DNA from: Hypanus sabinus
Taxonomy: Eukaryota
Direction: 5' to 3'
NCBI RefSeq assembly: GCF_030144855.1
Contig: NC_082722.1
Span: 20,336,001-20,400,000 of the forward strand
Length of the DNA: 64,000 bases
Below are positions 49,151-62,270 of the stretch, one piece after another (within the stretch, counting starts at the first letter, position 1; each line of letters opens with the position of its first letter). The translations under genes and the position numbers were made by a program. Under the pieces are notes generated by a model. The model made no database searches and was not told the DNA's origin. It saw only the letters and a list, made by a program, of their open reading frames with translations.

Positions 49151-51243
49151 CCTAAACCATCGGGTCCACTACCTGGTGTACAATCGCCCTTTCCTCTTTT
49201 GCAGGCACTGTAGTAGGTATAATCTTCCTCATTAACACTCCGTCTTTAAGGTAGTATCCCACTGACTCATTCTGAATTTCCTCTTCAGAGAGAGCTGTCT
49301 CTTTTAAAGCCACAATATCCGTATCTTTTCTCTGTTTCAGCATAAATTCCTTCCTCGATAGCGATAAATCTGCCTCAATCCCCTTACTCTCCACAGCCTT
49401 ACTATCCTCTAAATCCTGTTGATACAGGGACGGTAAGAAGATCTCGGATAAATCAATGTTTGTATCAGCAGACTTTCCCGACATGCTGCTGGTTACTGCA
49501 CATCCGCGATAAACTTCAGCATTTACAGGCGAGTCCTCAGCAGCTGCAGGCTTGCTCGTTAGCTGTACTGCTGAGTATGTATCATCACCTGCAAGTTTAT
49601 TACCGAGTAAGACATCCATATCGTTTATCGGTAGTTCAGACCGCACCCCTATTGTGATTGGTCTTGACACTAAGTCACATTTCAGAATTAATTTATGCAA
49701 CGGTACGGCCTCAGTCCACTTTCCAATACCTTTTATCACATTCACTTCACCAGTCTCCGTCTCAGCACTGAATTCCAACACATTCTTAAGGATTAATGAC
49801 TGAAAAGCCCCAGTGTCTCTAGAGATTCTCACTGGATCCGGAGTTGACCCCTCCTTTACAGATGCAAACCCATTCGAAATAAATCTCTCACGACCTTCTT
49901 GAACTCCTCCTGACATCCTCCCTCCTTAGCGACATTTTAAACAGCTCAATGAAGGCAGTCGGGATTGTCGCCTTTCCTATTCCTTTATCTCTTCTTGGAG
50001 CAAAACACCTAGACGCTATGTGACCGGCCTTCCCAAGTTAAAACACGTTAAACTGGGGAACTTTCCTCCAGACTGCTTCTCGTACTCCTTACCTTTTCCG
50101 CTAGTCGCGGGCTTACATTCTGACATAGCCGGTGGGCTCTCTCTGTTATCCCGACTACCCCTCTGCGACCCCGGGCTCAGGGAAAACTTTACCTTATAGG
50201 TTAAAGCATACTCGTCTGCTAACTTGGCAGATGCCAAGTTAGGGTTTCTGCCTCTTTCTCATCTATCTGCCTCCTCATACCCCCAGGGACGCAACTTTTA
50301 AAGAGCTCAATCAGCATCAACTGTTTCAGTTTGTCAATAACCTCACTTGTCCCTTTTGAGGTACACCAACAATCAAAGTGCATCTGCATCTCACGGGCAA
50401 ACTCTAGAAACGTGGGGTCCCACGGCTTCCTCAAATTTCGGAATCTTTGTCTGTATGCCTCCGGAACCAACTCGTAAATCTTAAGTATAACACTTTCTTA
50501 CTTCATCGTAATCCCTTGCATCTTCCGCAGACAACGCTGAATAAGCTTGCTGAGTCTTCCCCTTAAGTACACTTTGTAACAAAACAGCCCACTTCTCCCT
50601 CGGCAAGTTCTGATTCATAGCGACTTTCTCAGAATGTAGAAAATACCGATCGACATCCGTTTCCACAAATGTGGGCACCAACTTAATCTCCTGACTTACC
50701 TTGACTAACTGGGTCTATTACTCGTCCCCCATCCTGCAATACTCTTATCCTTTCCAGCTCAAACCTCCTCTCATTTCCCCTTTCCCTTCTCTGCCTTTCT
50801 GCTTTGTAAGCCTCCAGCTTTTTTACTCGGAACTCAAACTCGTGCTGTTGTGCCCTTTTCTTCTACTCCCCCTCGATTCTTAATTTCTCCATCGGAAACT
50901 GGGCCTCAACCCCGCTAGGTTTACTTTCAGGAAACAACTCCAGCTCCTCTACTTGAAACATCTCCTTGGATACATAATACTCCGCTATGGCTCTCTGCAT
51001 CTCTGACCTCGTCGTTGTCCACATCACCTTCGAAAGTTTCAAATTGTGCAATCTCAACAGTTCCAATTTCCTGGCGTCCTCTAATGCCTCAGAACTCGGC
51101 TCCGCCAAAAAATTATCAACGTTCATTTCTGCTGTTTTTTTTTCCCACAGAACGAAATCAATTAAGAGAATTTACCCCAATCAATTCAATAAGCTCCGCA
51201 TACACGTATTTTTTTTTTTCAAATCCCGGACAAAGGCTCCAGT

Positions 51244-51263
51244 TGTACCTGTATTTCACCGTA
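51244..51263 (-). pseudogene. Start of the next CEP72/LRRC36-like exon, truncated at a Gypsy element
   Basis: Acceptor tttttttccatatgcgcag|AT completes the expected G|AT Asp codon (DTVKYR). The sequence abuts the Gypsy PBS at 51241. Confidence 0.45.
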
Positions 51264-51673
51264 TCTGCGCATATGGAAAAAAATGATATGACTCGGTTAA
51301 TTGCGACATTTTTACAAATTCAGTTCCGTTAAGAAATTGCACTGTATTATAAATTTTCTGGTAAACCTGCAAACCTGGCACCGTCGGAAATCGAACCATG
51401 CACAATGTGAGCAGAATGTCGGAAAGAAGACAAAGGCGAATTGAACAGAAACACAGAGACTAGACACCTAACCTCAAAGTTCAAACGTCACCCGGTAAGC
51501 CAGATGTCAAATCACCAGGACACTTCCCTCGTCAGGTTATTGGATTTTTAACGTAATTAAGCTCGGATCTTCTGGTCTCACAATTCAAAGAGTAATTACT
51601 GAAGAACATACACAATACGCTACAAGTTCAAGTGTTTGATCAGGTAATTTGATGATTAGTAACTCATGCTTAC

Positions 51674-51863
51674 CCAATTTCGCTATGTTTGGTAACGGGC
51701 GTATTACACACTGTTTATAATTCTCCTCACTCCTTGTAACTGGATTTAGTGGTATATCTAGCTCAGTTAAATTGATCAGATAGCGCAAGCAAGAAATTGC
51801 TTTCAAACATGGCACATTGTTATAGTAAAGAATGATTTTCCAGTATTGCAAACACTCCAAAGT
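51674..51863 (-). pseudogene. LRR exon of a CEP72/LRRC36-like gene (exon-3 equivalent)
   Basis: TLECLQYWKIILYYNNVPCLKAISCLRYLINLTELDIPLNPVTRSEENYKQCVIRPLPNIAKL-G. Open 190-bp phase 0-1 exon (ccctttgcag| ... G|gtaagc). It matches the recalled family motif NLYYN..L..ELDLRLNPV..YRLF..L.KLD. Confidence 0.75.
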
Positions 51864-52736
51864 CTGCAAAGGGAAAGACATGCAAATGTCAGAAATATTT
51901 ATCTGTGTGCACTATCCTGAAACAGACGAAAGTTAGTTAAGTTTGTGAGCCTGATAGCCGTCTGTTGTGTACAATTTTGTTTCTTGGGCGGAAATCATTG
52001 TAAGAGTTCTTGTAATTAAAAACTGTTTCTGTCTCTTGAAACAGCATTCAATTTTGAATGTAATAGGGAACTTTCATATTTCTCACTAAGAATTAATCTC
52101 AAAACTTTAGAATCAACTGTGATTACAAATTTTATTACAAATCTGTCCACATGAATAGAAAGGAGACACAATCAAGTTTTAATTACAAAAAACTGTTACA
52201 ACGAGTTATGCCCCCCCCCCAAAAAAAAGTACACAACAGATGGCTAACAGACGCACAAACCTAACCAATTTTCCTCTGTTTCAGGATTTTGAACACAGAT
52301 GAATATTTCTGATATCACGAAGAATTCAACACACTATAACGATTTATTGAGGGAATAAAAATTACTCAAAAAGTTACAAAGTATGAAAGAAAATGAAATA
52401 AACAGTAGGAACGCTTGAAATTATTTTCGGGCACTTAAGTGAACTCAGCAGGGTCCTCTTACAGCCTTTTATTCCACTTACATGAACCGACATATTGATA
52501 GCGATTTCTTCCATGGTATCTACTTGACCATTGCATCCACCAATGTCTGTTCGGCTAATTCGCTGAAAAATGTATCTTCAAGGCTGTAACTTTCATGAGA
52601 AAAACACATATACTGAGAAATAAAGAATAAAAGTCCCGTTTAATTTCACCTACGTAAGGAATTTTTTTAATCTTAGTAACAGCAGTATAAAGCAACACAA
52701 GACAAATATACAAAAATAAATAATTAATTCATACGC

Positions 52737-52767
<31 letters not shown>

Positions 52768-52779
52768 AATTAAAAACAG

Positions 52780-53170
52780 TGCAAAAACAGAAATAATAAA
52801 ACTTGGGGTAGTGTTTATGTGTTCGATCGCCATTTAGCAATCAGGTGGCAGAGGGAAAGAAGCTGTTCTTGAATCACTGAATGTGTAACATTAGGCATCT
52901 GTACCTTCTTCCCAGTGGCAATAATGAGATGAATGCATGTCTTGGATGATGGGGACACTTAATCATTCATGGCGCCTTTCTGAGACATCGCTCCTGGAAG
53001 ATGTCTTGGTTACTATGGAGGCTAGTACCCATCATGGAGGTGACTAATTTCACAACTTTCTGTTGATACATTTGATCCTGTGCAGTAGGCCAACATCTCT
53101 ACCAGACAGTGAAGCAACTTGTTAGAATGCTCTCCTCGGTACAATAGCAGCAATTGAGTCTCAACTCTTC
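52780..53170 (-). mobile_element. Rex1/Babar 3' fragment
   Basis: Same 3' region as the 16.3-kb copy. Confidence 0.6.
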
Positions 53171-53224
53171 CATTTCCCATGACGTTTTGAACCGTAATAT
53201 CCAATGAACACGCTGAAGTTGACG

Positions 53225-53377
53225 TATGAGTAATATTATTATGCAATGTCGCTGATTACTTTTAATACAAATATTTACTGACTGTTTCCTATCGCCATTC
53301 TGGATCCTGAGAACTACATATTTTTATCTTAGCTCAGAATAGGAACCTAAAAATTGTTTCTTAAATTGGAGGTGATG
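53225..53377 (-). pseudogene. Decayed upstream exon of the CEP72/LRRC36-like gene
   Basis: Fragments GSYSE..KIK, IGNSQ*IFVLKVI and HNNIT resemble GSY/GTY..KI..LGNSL..F..LKSLDLSRN. Contains stops and indels. Confidence 0.4.
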
Positions 53378-53749
53378 CTGTTGGATTCTAGTTTACAGAA
53401 AATAAAATTCAATCAAAATATTTCTAGCAGGAATTGTTACTGCAGGGTTTTCTGACCAAACACACATTTCAAAATATAGAACACAACAAAATATCAATAA
53501 ATCCCAGGAAAGTTTTGTAACCTGTTCACTTAATCCATATGCTACAAAGAGTAAATGGCTTCTCAGCTTTGTACATATCATTGCTGGACATCGGCATGGA
53601 AACCTGCAACCGGCTGAATTGTAGCTCTCTAATGGAATTGCTGGTTAGCTATCAACATGATACGCCGACAGATTTAGAGATTTTAGTGGAAGTAATTTTC
53701 TTTTATCATTTTCTGCATGTTTTCTGTATTAATGTGTCGCTATGAAACA

Positions 53750-54300
53750 GAAATGATTGAAGATCTATGTAAAACTAGACCTACCCACATTTCCGTCTGA
53801 AATCTATTTCCCACCGGCTTCAGATGAGATATGACCCAGGCTACTGTGGAAAGTAAGGGAGGAGATTGCTGAGCCTCTGGTGATGATCCTTGCATCATCA
53901 ATAGGGGCAAAAGAAGTCCTGTCGGTTTGGCGGGTTGAAAGTGTGTTTCCCTTGTTGAAGAAAGGGAGAAACGATAGCACAAGAAATGATAGACAAGTGC
54001 GACTTACTTCAGTAGTGGACAAATTATTGGAGAAGCTCCTGAAAGGCAAGATTTATGAGAATCTGGAGAGACATAATCTGATTAGGGATAGTCAGTATGG
54101 CTTAGTCATGGGAAGTTCGTACTTTATGAGCCTGATTGAATCATTTGAGGATGTAACAAAAACAAATTGATCTGCACTGATTTTACTAAGGCATTTGATA
54201 AGGTTCCCCAAATGAGGGCTATTCAGACAGGTATTCTGGCAGGTGGGGAATTCTGGACTATTTGGAATGGACAAGGGATTTGAGTGCCTATTACAAGTGA
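53750..54300 (+). mobile_element. CR1 RT fragment
   Basis: VFPLLKKG...VRLTSVVDKLLE...SQYG. Confidence 0.75.
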
Positions 54301-54389
54301 CAGTAGCCCTTTATATCTCGTTCAAAATGGGCATTTCTTCCACTCTTCTTTCCTTTGAGAAGTTTAATCTGTATTGACGCAAAATGAGT

Positions 54390-54572
54390 GGCAGTGATTC
54401 CACATAACTATGCCGGCTTCAAAGGTATCGATACTGTGGAGCACCATACACATTAAGCCGTTTTTCTGATTTGTATCGATTCTAGTGATAAGTCGCATAA
54501 TTGACTTCAATGAAGGGGCTTTGTTTGTCTTTGGGACACAGATAGATTTAGATCGAAGGACAACATTCTCTT
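54390..54572 (-). pseudogene. Possible frameshifted ITIM terminal exon of gene C
   Basis: tttcacag acceptor, as in the gene A terminal exon. EVNYAT-TAT-CAC becomes VNYATL if a single T is restored. Confidence 0.35.
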
Positions 54573-55151
54573 CTGTGAAATTATAGAAATGTTGCGTACC
54601 CTGTTCCTCATTTCCCAAAAGTTGGTGGAAGCTTGGCAGTGCAAATAATATTTATTCATCGGTTATAAATATTTGTAGTTATATATTTAAACAACTCTAG
54701 ATAATCGGCATCGGTGAAATACTTGCTGGTCTACAGAAGGCTGAAGAACATAAGAATATTGTTATTAATCTCGATCATGCTTCCCGTTCATTTCGATGAC
54801 GTGTGATTTGTGCTTCGATACAATTTTATGTTGCTCTCTACCTCTTAATAGCTAGCACTAAGCAAATTATTTCTCTAAAAGTTGAGTGGTTTGACCCTTC
54901 CGCTGTTGAAAGCTTTTGACTGCATTGGGGCGGGGTGATGAATAGATGTGAACAGATGTGGTCGGGGTGCTGGGGTTGAGGTTGGGGCTTTAGGAGTAAA
55001 GGCATAACAAATATTTGGTTGGAAGTTGCAAAGGTCAAATAAAATAACTCAGACAGTCTTTAAAATGATATCTAACATGGAAGAAACAACGAAAAAGAGT
55101 TTCTTTTTTTACAGAAGTAATCTAAATTTTAAATTTATGATTTTAAAACAG

Positions 55152-58100
55152 TGTAGTCAAATGCCCTGGTTAAGCACATGTTTCATTGCATTCCCACTGT
55201 CATGCTGTTAGATATTTTATTTCAGCAGCTTTTCTGCAAATCACAGGGTAATCTCAGAATTCAGCTTCACAAAGCAATATTTTGGTTTCTGCTATGACAA
55301 GTGGCCCTTTGCTTGGTGTAGGAATGTTGCGTCAGCCATTCGGGTTCTCTTAGTAACATTCTATCCAGTGGGATGCCACGGAACATTCGAAAGAGCTGTG
55401 TGGGATCACATTGATGAGGGACAGTGGTTTGTTTTCCAGTTTTGCTGGTAGATGTTGCACGAGGATCGAGGTGCGGAGACGAGTACAAGGGAAAACGTTT
55501 AATCATCCCGTCAAAGGGGAGACACTGTTATAGAAAAAGCAAATATTTGTGCAAACGAATGCGACCAAGGAGGATGTGCAAATACTCCTGAGTTATCCAG
55601 TTCGTTTGTAACAATCTTCAAGGGAAGTCTGAACTGTGGCTGGGGACGAGCGCGCTGTGAATACAGACTGTCCAAAACTGAGTTCCAACACACATTTAGA
55701 CTGGTTTCGGTGTAATTGGTCCCTTTATTGCTCTGTTAACAGTTATTTAATGTTAAAATATCTGTAAGTATTCTGCCACTTTAAGTTTATGCCAGTGCAA
55801 GGACTGGTAATCCCTGGCGAACAATATATTTGTATAGGCCAATATTGATAGAGTATTTTCCATACACTTAGTTCCCTCAAACGGAAGGTTCCAACTTTCC
55901 ATCTGTCTCATTTATATTGGCGGTGAGTAAGAGGAATGGGAAAGTACGAATAGGTGTTGATTATCGAATACCGAACAGCCGTCCTGTTCCACGGATCGAG
56001 TTTGCGCTTAATGGAGCCAAATGGTTCAGTGTATTGGATCCAATAAGCGGGCATTATGAACGTCCCATGAGTGCAGTGGATAAAGAAAAGTTGGTATCAG
56101 GAGCACCGGCTTACTTTCCAACACGTCACGGGGACATGAATACTGCTTGAGTCACTGTTGTACTTACATCATCTCATCGTGTTTTCAACAACACTGGAGG
56201 AGCCTGAGACGTGACGATTTACTGTGTCTGACCGCCTAAAAGCGGAAGGGTTAACACTCTCACTGGACAAGTTCCTGTTCGTAAGACGGCAGTTAACTAT
56301 GTCATTCAGGTAGTCTCCACGGATGGAGTGGCTACGAGTCCATCGAAGGTACAGGCGGTAACCACATGACAATGGCCCAACACGATGATTGCCGTACGTT
56401 CTTTCCTTGCATAGTGTGGGCACCTGTGAATTATATTTGTGAAAGACTACTCCAGCGCAAACCATTAGTTGAATTAACTTCTGTATGGTTCCCCTCCCTT
56501 CAGTGAAGAGAGGGATGTGAAGAAAGGGATAAGAAGACAACGTTTATTTTGCTCTTCGGATTCATTAGAAGAAACATGGTATGCAAAGTGTGAAGAAGCA
56601 TTTCACCTGCTGGCGTTATTGACAAAACACCCTCGTTTTACTTTGCAAACCAGCAGTTGCCGTATTTATTGCGCACACATGTCAGCCGTGATGGATTAGG
56701 CAGTGTTCCATGTCAAGCTGAACGTAAAGGGGATTGTGTTTTCGTTAGATTGTGTCTGACACCAACCGAAATAAATTATCCTACACACAAATTGAAATGT
56801 TCCAGCATTAAAATAGGATGTGGTGGTAAATAAATTGACTAACTGGTGCCAAGTTCGAGTTGAGGACCAACAACGATCCGGTGATTTATATTCTCACTTC
56901 GACGAAATCGGATGCCACAGGTCATAGGCGGCTGGCGGCGTTGTCTGCTTATTATTCCTGCCTTGGTATCGGCCAAGAATTCAGCAATGATGCGGGTGCG
57001 TTGTCACGAAGTTCTCATGAGGTGCGACCAGCAGGCTGAGAGTGGGAGGAGCCATGCAAATCCACATGCATATTGCAACTTAATTGCCCTGAATACGAAG
57101 CAGCTGCCCCACTTGAGTGTTTTGGAATTGGCAACAGATCAGCAAGCCGATCCTTGAGAAGTTGCCATCAGGTCATTTGCTGTCAAGGCGGATATGGACC
57201 CAGTTGAGCAGACAAGATACCCTACCATACCCCTACCCATGCGGAAATGGGACTAACTGCAGCTGAAGAACAAAGTTTCACATAGTGTTCCCACTTGCCA
57301 GATAGCCCTCGGCGTTCCCAGTTGAGTTTCCCTGAAAGAAGTATCCGACGATTGTACGGAAGTCACTTCAAATCATTTGGGATTTGACAAGATCTACCGA
57401 TTGGTCCATGATCGGTTTTATTGGACACGAGTGAAGCCTGAAGTTGAAATGTACTGTACGTCGTGCATCCAATGTATTCGGAGGAAGACGCTGCCTACGG
57501 GAGTTGTCTATCAGACACTGCTACTATCCAATTCTCAAAGAACAGAACCACTTGACTAAGTGTGTATTGAATTGCTCTCCATAGAGCCTGATTCCAGGAC
57601 CTCTGCTGTTGACTTGTTCGTCACAGACTAATACACCTGATATGCTCAAGCCGTGTCCACTAAGGATCGTAGAGTATCCACAGTTGCCAAAATGGTATGG
57701 GATAAATATATTATCCATTGTGACCACTGAAGTGACCAGGGAAGGGTTTTCACAGCCGGGTCATACATGAGTTATTTTTCATGCTTGGAGTTCAGAGTCA
57801 AAGAGTATGTCATGTCACTGTCAAGGTGATCCTCAGCATGAAAGATTCAACAAGACATTGCTAGACATGACTGGGGCCTTTGATGCCAACAGAAAAGGGA
57901 AAATGGTGTCAACATATTGGACTTCTGATGCACTGCTACAACTCGAAACAAAATTAAAACACTGGGTACTGGCCATTCTATTTGATATTCGTGCACGAAG
58001 CGAGGTCACCTGTAGACGTTTGGTTTGGAATCGCCAGTGGGGACTTGTCGCAGAACACGTATCTCAAGTTTGTATCTGACGTGAGGAAAGAAATGTAAAA

Positions 58101-59190
58101 GCCTATGAGCTGGTAGCAGTTTCTGCTACCGAGTAAAAACGGGGAAAGTAGAAGAGATATGGGCAAAGGATCATGTCCTCTCAGTTGATGCCTGGAGAGT
58201 CAGTTATAATAATTAATTTGGGACTACAAGGGAAGCATAAGTTTGCCAACCGCTGGGTTTCTGCATCTTATGTAGTAGAGAGCCAGATGTCCAATTTGCC
58301 AGTTTGCGAATGTTCTTGTCAATATTCTCCATTATAAACATATATTACCCCAAGGGGAGGAAGTATGTGTTAGCCCAGAGTTTGACATGGAGCCTACATC
58401 CGTAGAAATTTCTGCACAGCAGGAGAACAGAAAGGAAAAGAACTGACAATAGTGTGATTACAGTTGAAATTCATTAGAAAGTTGTGAATGTAATTATGAA
58501 TTGATAACTTCATAAGGCATATAACGTCATCATGACATGACTATTTTTGGTCGGGGAGAATGTGATGCCCTGGTTAAGAACATGTTCTACGGTATTTCTA
58601 CTGCAATGCTGTTACGTATATTAATTGCACATTAATTGTCTTGCACATTTTCTGCAAGACGCAGTGCTTTCTGTTAATGTAGCGTTATAGACTAGTACTT
58701 TGGTTTCTGCTTGGATAAGGAGCCGTTTGCACATCTTAGCAATGTTGCGTCAGCCAATCGAGGCTGCCTTAGTAACATTCTGTCCACAGGGATGCTACAG
58801 AATATTCGAGAGAGCTGGACGGGATCGGATGTTTTTGAGGCAGTGTCGTTTGCAGGTTTTTGAAGAGGAAGGAGATGTAGAGGCGAACACAACCGAAGAC
58901 GCTAGCAGCATCCCGTCCGAAGAGGAGATCCTGTTGTAAGCAGTGCTTTGAGCAAACCAATAGGTCCAAGGAGGAAATGTGAATATTTCTGAGTTCGGCA
59001 GTTCGTTAATAATGATCTTCGTGGGAAGTCCGAACAATAGCTGCAGACATGGGTTCATCGCCCTGAGTACTTACAGTAAAGCATCCGGTTATCCATAAAT
59101 GTGCTTCAACGTAGATATGCAGACTTTGACTGGTTTAAGTGTAATGGTCCTTTTTTTTTTCTTTTATTGTTCTATTAACAGTGTGTTAAT
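55152..59190 (+). mobile_element. Old gag-less Gypsy element with diverged LTRs (~55152-55750 and ~58561-59190)
   Basis: RT (VRIGVDYR, GAKWFSVLD), integrase (RFYW..VK.EVEMYCTSCIQC; QGDPQHERFN) and a PPT before the 3' LTR. Confidence 0.8.
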
Positions 59191-59209
59191 CCAATCAACC
59201 TATTCATAT

Positions 59210-59610
59210 TCTATTCCGTCACAGTATGGTCCAGGTCAATTTTGACCCGGCCCAAGAATCCCCTCATAGGAAGTGTCTGTACCAAATTTTGAACCAAATA
59301 TATTTATAGAATGTATAAATAGCCTATCTGACATTAATAAATGGGCGATTAATCCTTAATTGATGTTTCGGAGAACTAAAATCTATTTCAATAGAAACTG
59401 TTCAAGTTTCACCCGGAACCGCCTGAATGTACAAAAGTTTGCAGCACCAGTACAAAAATATATATTTTTAACATATTTTGATATTTTCGCTTTTGGTACA
59501 CTTTAGGAAAGTCATTAAATTTCGGCAAAAAATGGCATTTAGGTTGTTTTCACTGTTGTCAAATGTCAAAACGGGTCACATTTGATCTGAACAGTATGTA
59601 AGGGTTAAGG
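59210..59610. mobile_element. piggyBac-like MITE
   Basis: Right end ...cagtatgtAAGGG followed by TTAA. The left TIR is degenerate (gtcaattttgacccg versus cgggtcacatttgatc). Confidence 0.55.
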
Positions 59611-59809
59611 TTGAAATATTGTCAATAAACCTCAATATAATTTTAAGCCGCTCTAATGTCTGTTACTTCCTCATAACGATGACTGTGCATGAGGCAGTAA
59701 TGATACAACATTCGCCGCATATTTCGTCCCCTCAATGGAACAATCCAACTTTCCATTTTAGTTGAACTCAGATTATATCGACTCTAGACGTGTTTTGATC
59801 ATTGAAAAG

Positions 59810-60207
59810 GAGATTGAGAGGGGATCTGATTGAAACATATAAGATTATTAAGTGATTGGACAGGATAGAGGCAGGAAATATGTTCCGGATGCTGGGAGAG
59901 TCCAGTACCAGAGGGCATGGTTTGAGAATAAGGGGTAGGTCATTTCGGACAGAGTTAAGGAAAAACTTCTTCTCCCAGAGAGTTGTGGGGGTCTGGAATG
60001 CACTGCCTCGGAAGGTAGTGGAGGCCAATTCTCTGGATGCTTTCAAGAAGGAGCAAGATAGTTATCTTATGGGTAGGGGAAACAAGGGATATGGGGACAA
60101 GGCAGGAACCGGGTATTGATAGTAGTTGATCAGCTTGATCTCAAAATGGCGGTGCAGGCACGAAGCGCCGAATTGTCTACTTCTGCACCTATTGTCTATT
60201 GTCTATT
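59810..60207 (+). mobile_element. Young CR1 3' fragment
   Basis: Near-identical to the 3' end of the 36.7-37.1 kb copy; (ctattgt)n tail. Confidence 0.9.
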
Positions 60208-60399
60208 GAAAGTGGCCTTCTCACCGTTACCCAGGCAAAGCTGTGTCACGTGGCTGTAGCCAAGGGCAGCCAAGCAGCCTTGGTTATTAAGAGGAAATGT
60301 GAGGGGTAACACCAGGTATAAAATATCACGAAATTTCCGATATCGTGCGTTAGTCAAATTGCAATTCATGAAAACGTTGTACTTCCAGGAACAAAGACA

Positions 60400-60690
60400 C
60401 CAAGTAACACAATACCTAAGACCCATTTTTATTTCTGAAAAATTGTTGCTGAATTTCCACTTGTCGGCAAAACACTCCACTGTCTGCGACTCTAGCGTTC
60501 AGGAGGGTAAATGTGCCATTGCTACACTTTACACTGAACTACTGTTTTCTGCTAACTGATTATAAAAAATGTCCCCAGTCCAAACGAAACTTCAGCATAT
60601 CCTGTAGAATTGGAAATCTGCAGAACATGGATTCAGTGCCACCGATTAAGAAATTTAAGCTCAGAGGCCGAAATTTCTTTTACGGTTGAC
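60400..60690 (-). pseudogene. V pseudo-exon paralogous to gene A (gene 'C')
   Basis: LIGGTESMFCRFPILQD...SRKQ*FSVKCSNGTFTLLNARVADSGVFC...QQFFRNKNGS*. Three in-frame stops, one from an AGT tandem duplication. Confidence 0.85.
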
Positions 60691-60789
60691 GAAGCATAAA
60701 TGAGATGATTAAAACAGTTGAGTACATAGGACAAAAAAAAAATCTGCAGACTAAGTTGAAATTGCAGGGGCCCTGGCAGATATATTTAA

Positions 60790-62270
60790 ATTGCCCGTAT
60801 CTACGAGTGAGGTGCCGGAGGATTGGAGAATTGCTCATGCTGTTCTGCTTTTTTTTTAAAATACTATAAACGTAATCCGGGAAATTATAGGCCGGTAAGT
60901 TTGATGTCAGTAGTAGGTAAATTATTGGAAGTAGTACTAAGAGATAGGATCTACAAGTATTTAAATAGACAGGGACTATTTAGGAAGAGTCAACAGAGTG
61001 GTAGGTGTGTTTAACAAATCGATAAGAGTTTTTAGAGGAGGTTACAAGGAAAGTTGGTGAAGGGTAGGCGGTGGATGTTGTCTACCTGGACTTCAGTAAG
61101 TCTTTGTCAAAATCTTGCATGATAGGTTAGTTAGTATGTTTCAGTGGCTAGGTATACATGGTGTTGTAGTAACTTGTGTTAGACATTGTCTCAGTCGGAG
61201 AAATCAAAGAATGGTAGTGGAGGATTGTTTCTCTGAATGGAGGGCTTTGACTAGTGTTGGGCCAAAGAGATCAGTGCTTGTTAGTTTACAATTATATCAA
61301 TAATCTGGATGTTAATGTGGTAAATTGAAACAGTAGATTTGCTAATGATACAAAGATGGGAGATGCTCTGGACAGTGAGGAAGTTTTTAAAGTTTGCAGA
61401 GGGATCTAGACCAGCTTGAAAAATGGAATGAAAATGGCAAATGGAGTTTAATACAGATAAGTGTGAGGTATTGCACGTTGGAATGAAAAACCAATGTAGA
61501 ACATACAAGGTAAATGGTAGGGCACTGAGGAGTGCTGTAGAACAGAGGGATCTGGGAATCCAGCTGAACAAATTCGCTAAACGTGGCGTCATAGGTAGAT
61601 AGGTTAGCAAAGAGAGCTTTTGTTACATTGGCATTTATAAATTAAAGTGTTGAGTATAAGAGTTGGAATGTTATCGTGAGTTTGTATAAGGCATTGGAAA
61701 GGCAGAATTTGAAGTAATATGTACTGTTTTGGTCTCCGTATTACAGGAAAGATATTAATAAGTTTGAAGGAGTGCAGGGAAGGTTTACAATGATGATGCC
61801 AGGACTTGAGAAACTGAGTTACAGATAAATATTTCAATAGGTTAGGACTTTATTCCCTGGAGCGTAGAAGAATGAGGGGAGATTTGATAGCGGTATATAA
61901 AATTATGTTGGGTATAGATAGAGTGAATGGAAGCACGCTTTTTCCGCTGAGGTTAATGGAGAAAAAAATACCCAAGGGCATTGGTTAAGCGTGAAGGGTG
62001 AAAAACTGAAAGGAATCACTGTAGTGAGTGGGGTTTCTACACACAAACAGTGCTGGGAGTGTGGAATGAGCTGCCAGGTTAAGTAGTAAATGCGGGCTCA
62101 TTTTAACATTTAAGAAAACTTGTACAGGTACATGGACGAGAGGTTTATTAAGGGATATGGTCCAGGTGCAGATCATTGGGACTAAGCAGAAAAATGCTTC
62201 GGCACGGCCAAAGAAGTGCCAAAAGTCCTGATTCTGTGCTGTAATTTTCTATTGTTCTGTGGTTCCTATT
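60790..62270 (+). mobile_element. CR1 RT fragment (second family)
   Basis: NPGNYRPVSLMSVVGKLLE through the 3' UTR. Confidence 0.85.

Larger units (their letters stand above)
47310..51243 (-). mobile_element. Gmr1-type Gypsy element (gag - PR - start of IN ... RT), interrupted
   Basis: PBS tggagcctttgtccgggat (51241-51223); gag VPEAYRQRFRNLRK; protease RDTGAFQSL running into YYLKDGVLMRK...HQVV; RT DFRKVN...KIDLLNGY at 48230-47920. LTR-like sequence around the N gaps. Confidence 0.85.

Noticed and set aside
52482-52583. Exon-like segment with ACCATGG and a gtaagt donor (MEEIAINMSVH)
   Set aside because: No similarity to the LRR gene it sits in or to the receptor tails, so it cannot be assigned. 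RNA-seq would be decisive.
59640-59760. Faint C1-like start (IVPLRGRNMRRMLY)
   Set aside because: Too short and too divergent to distinguish from chance.
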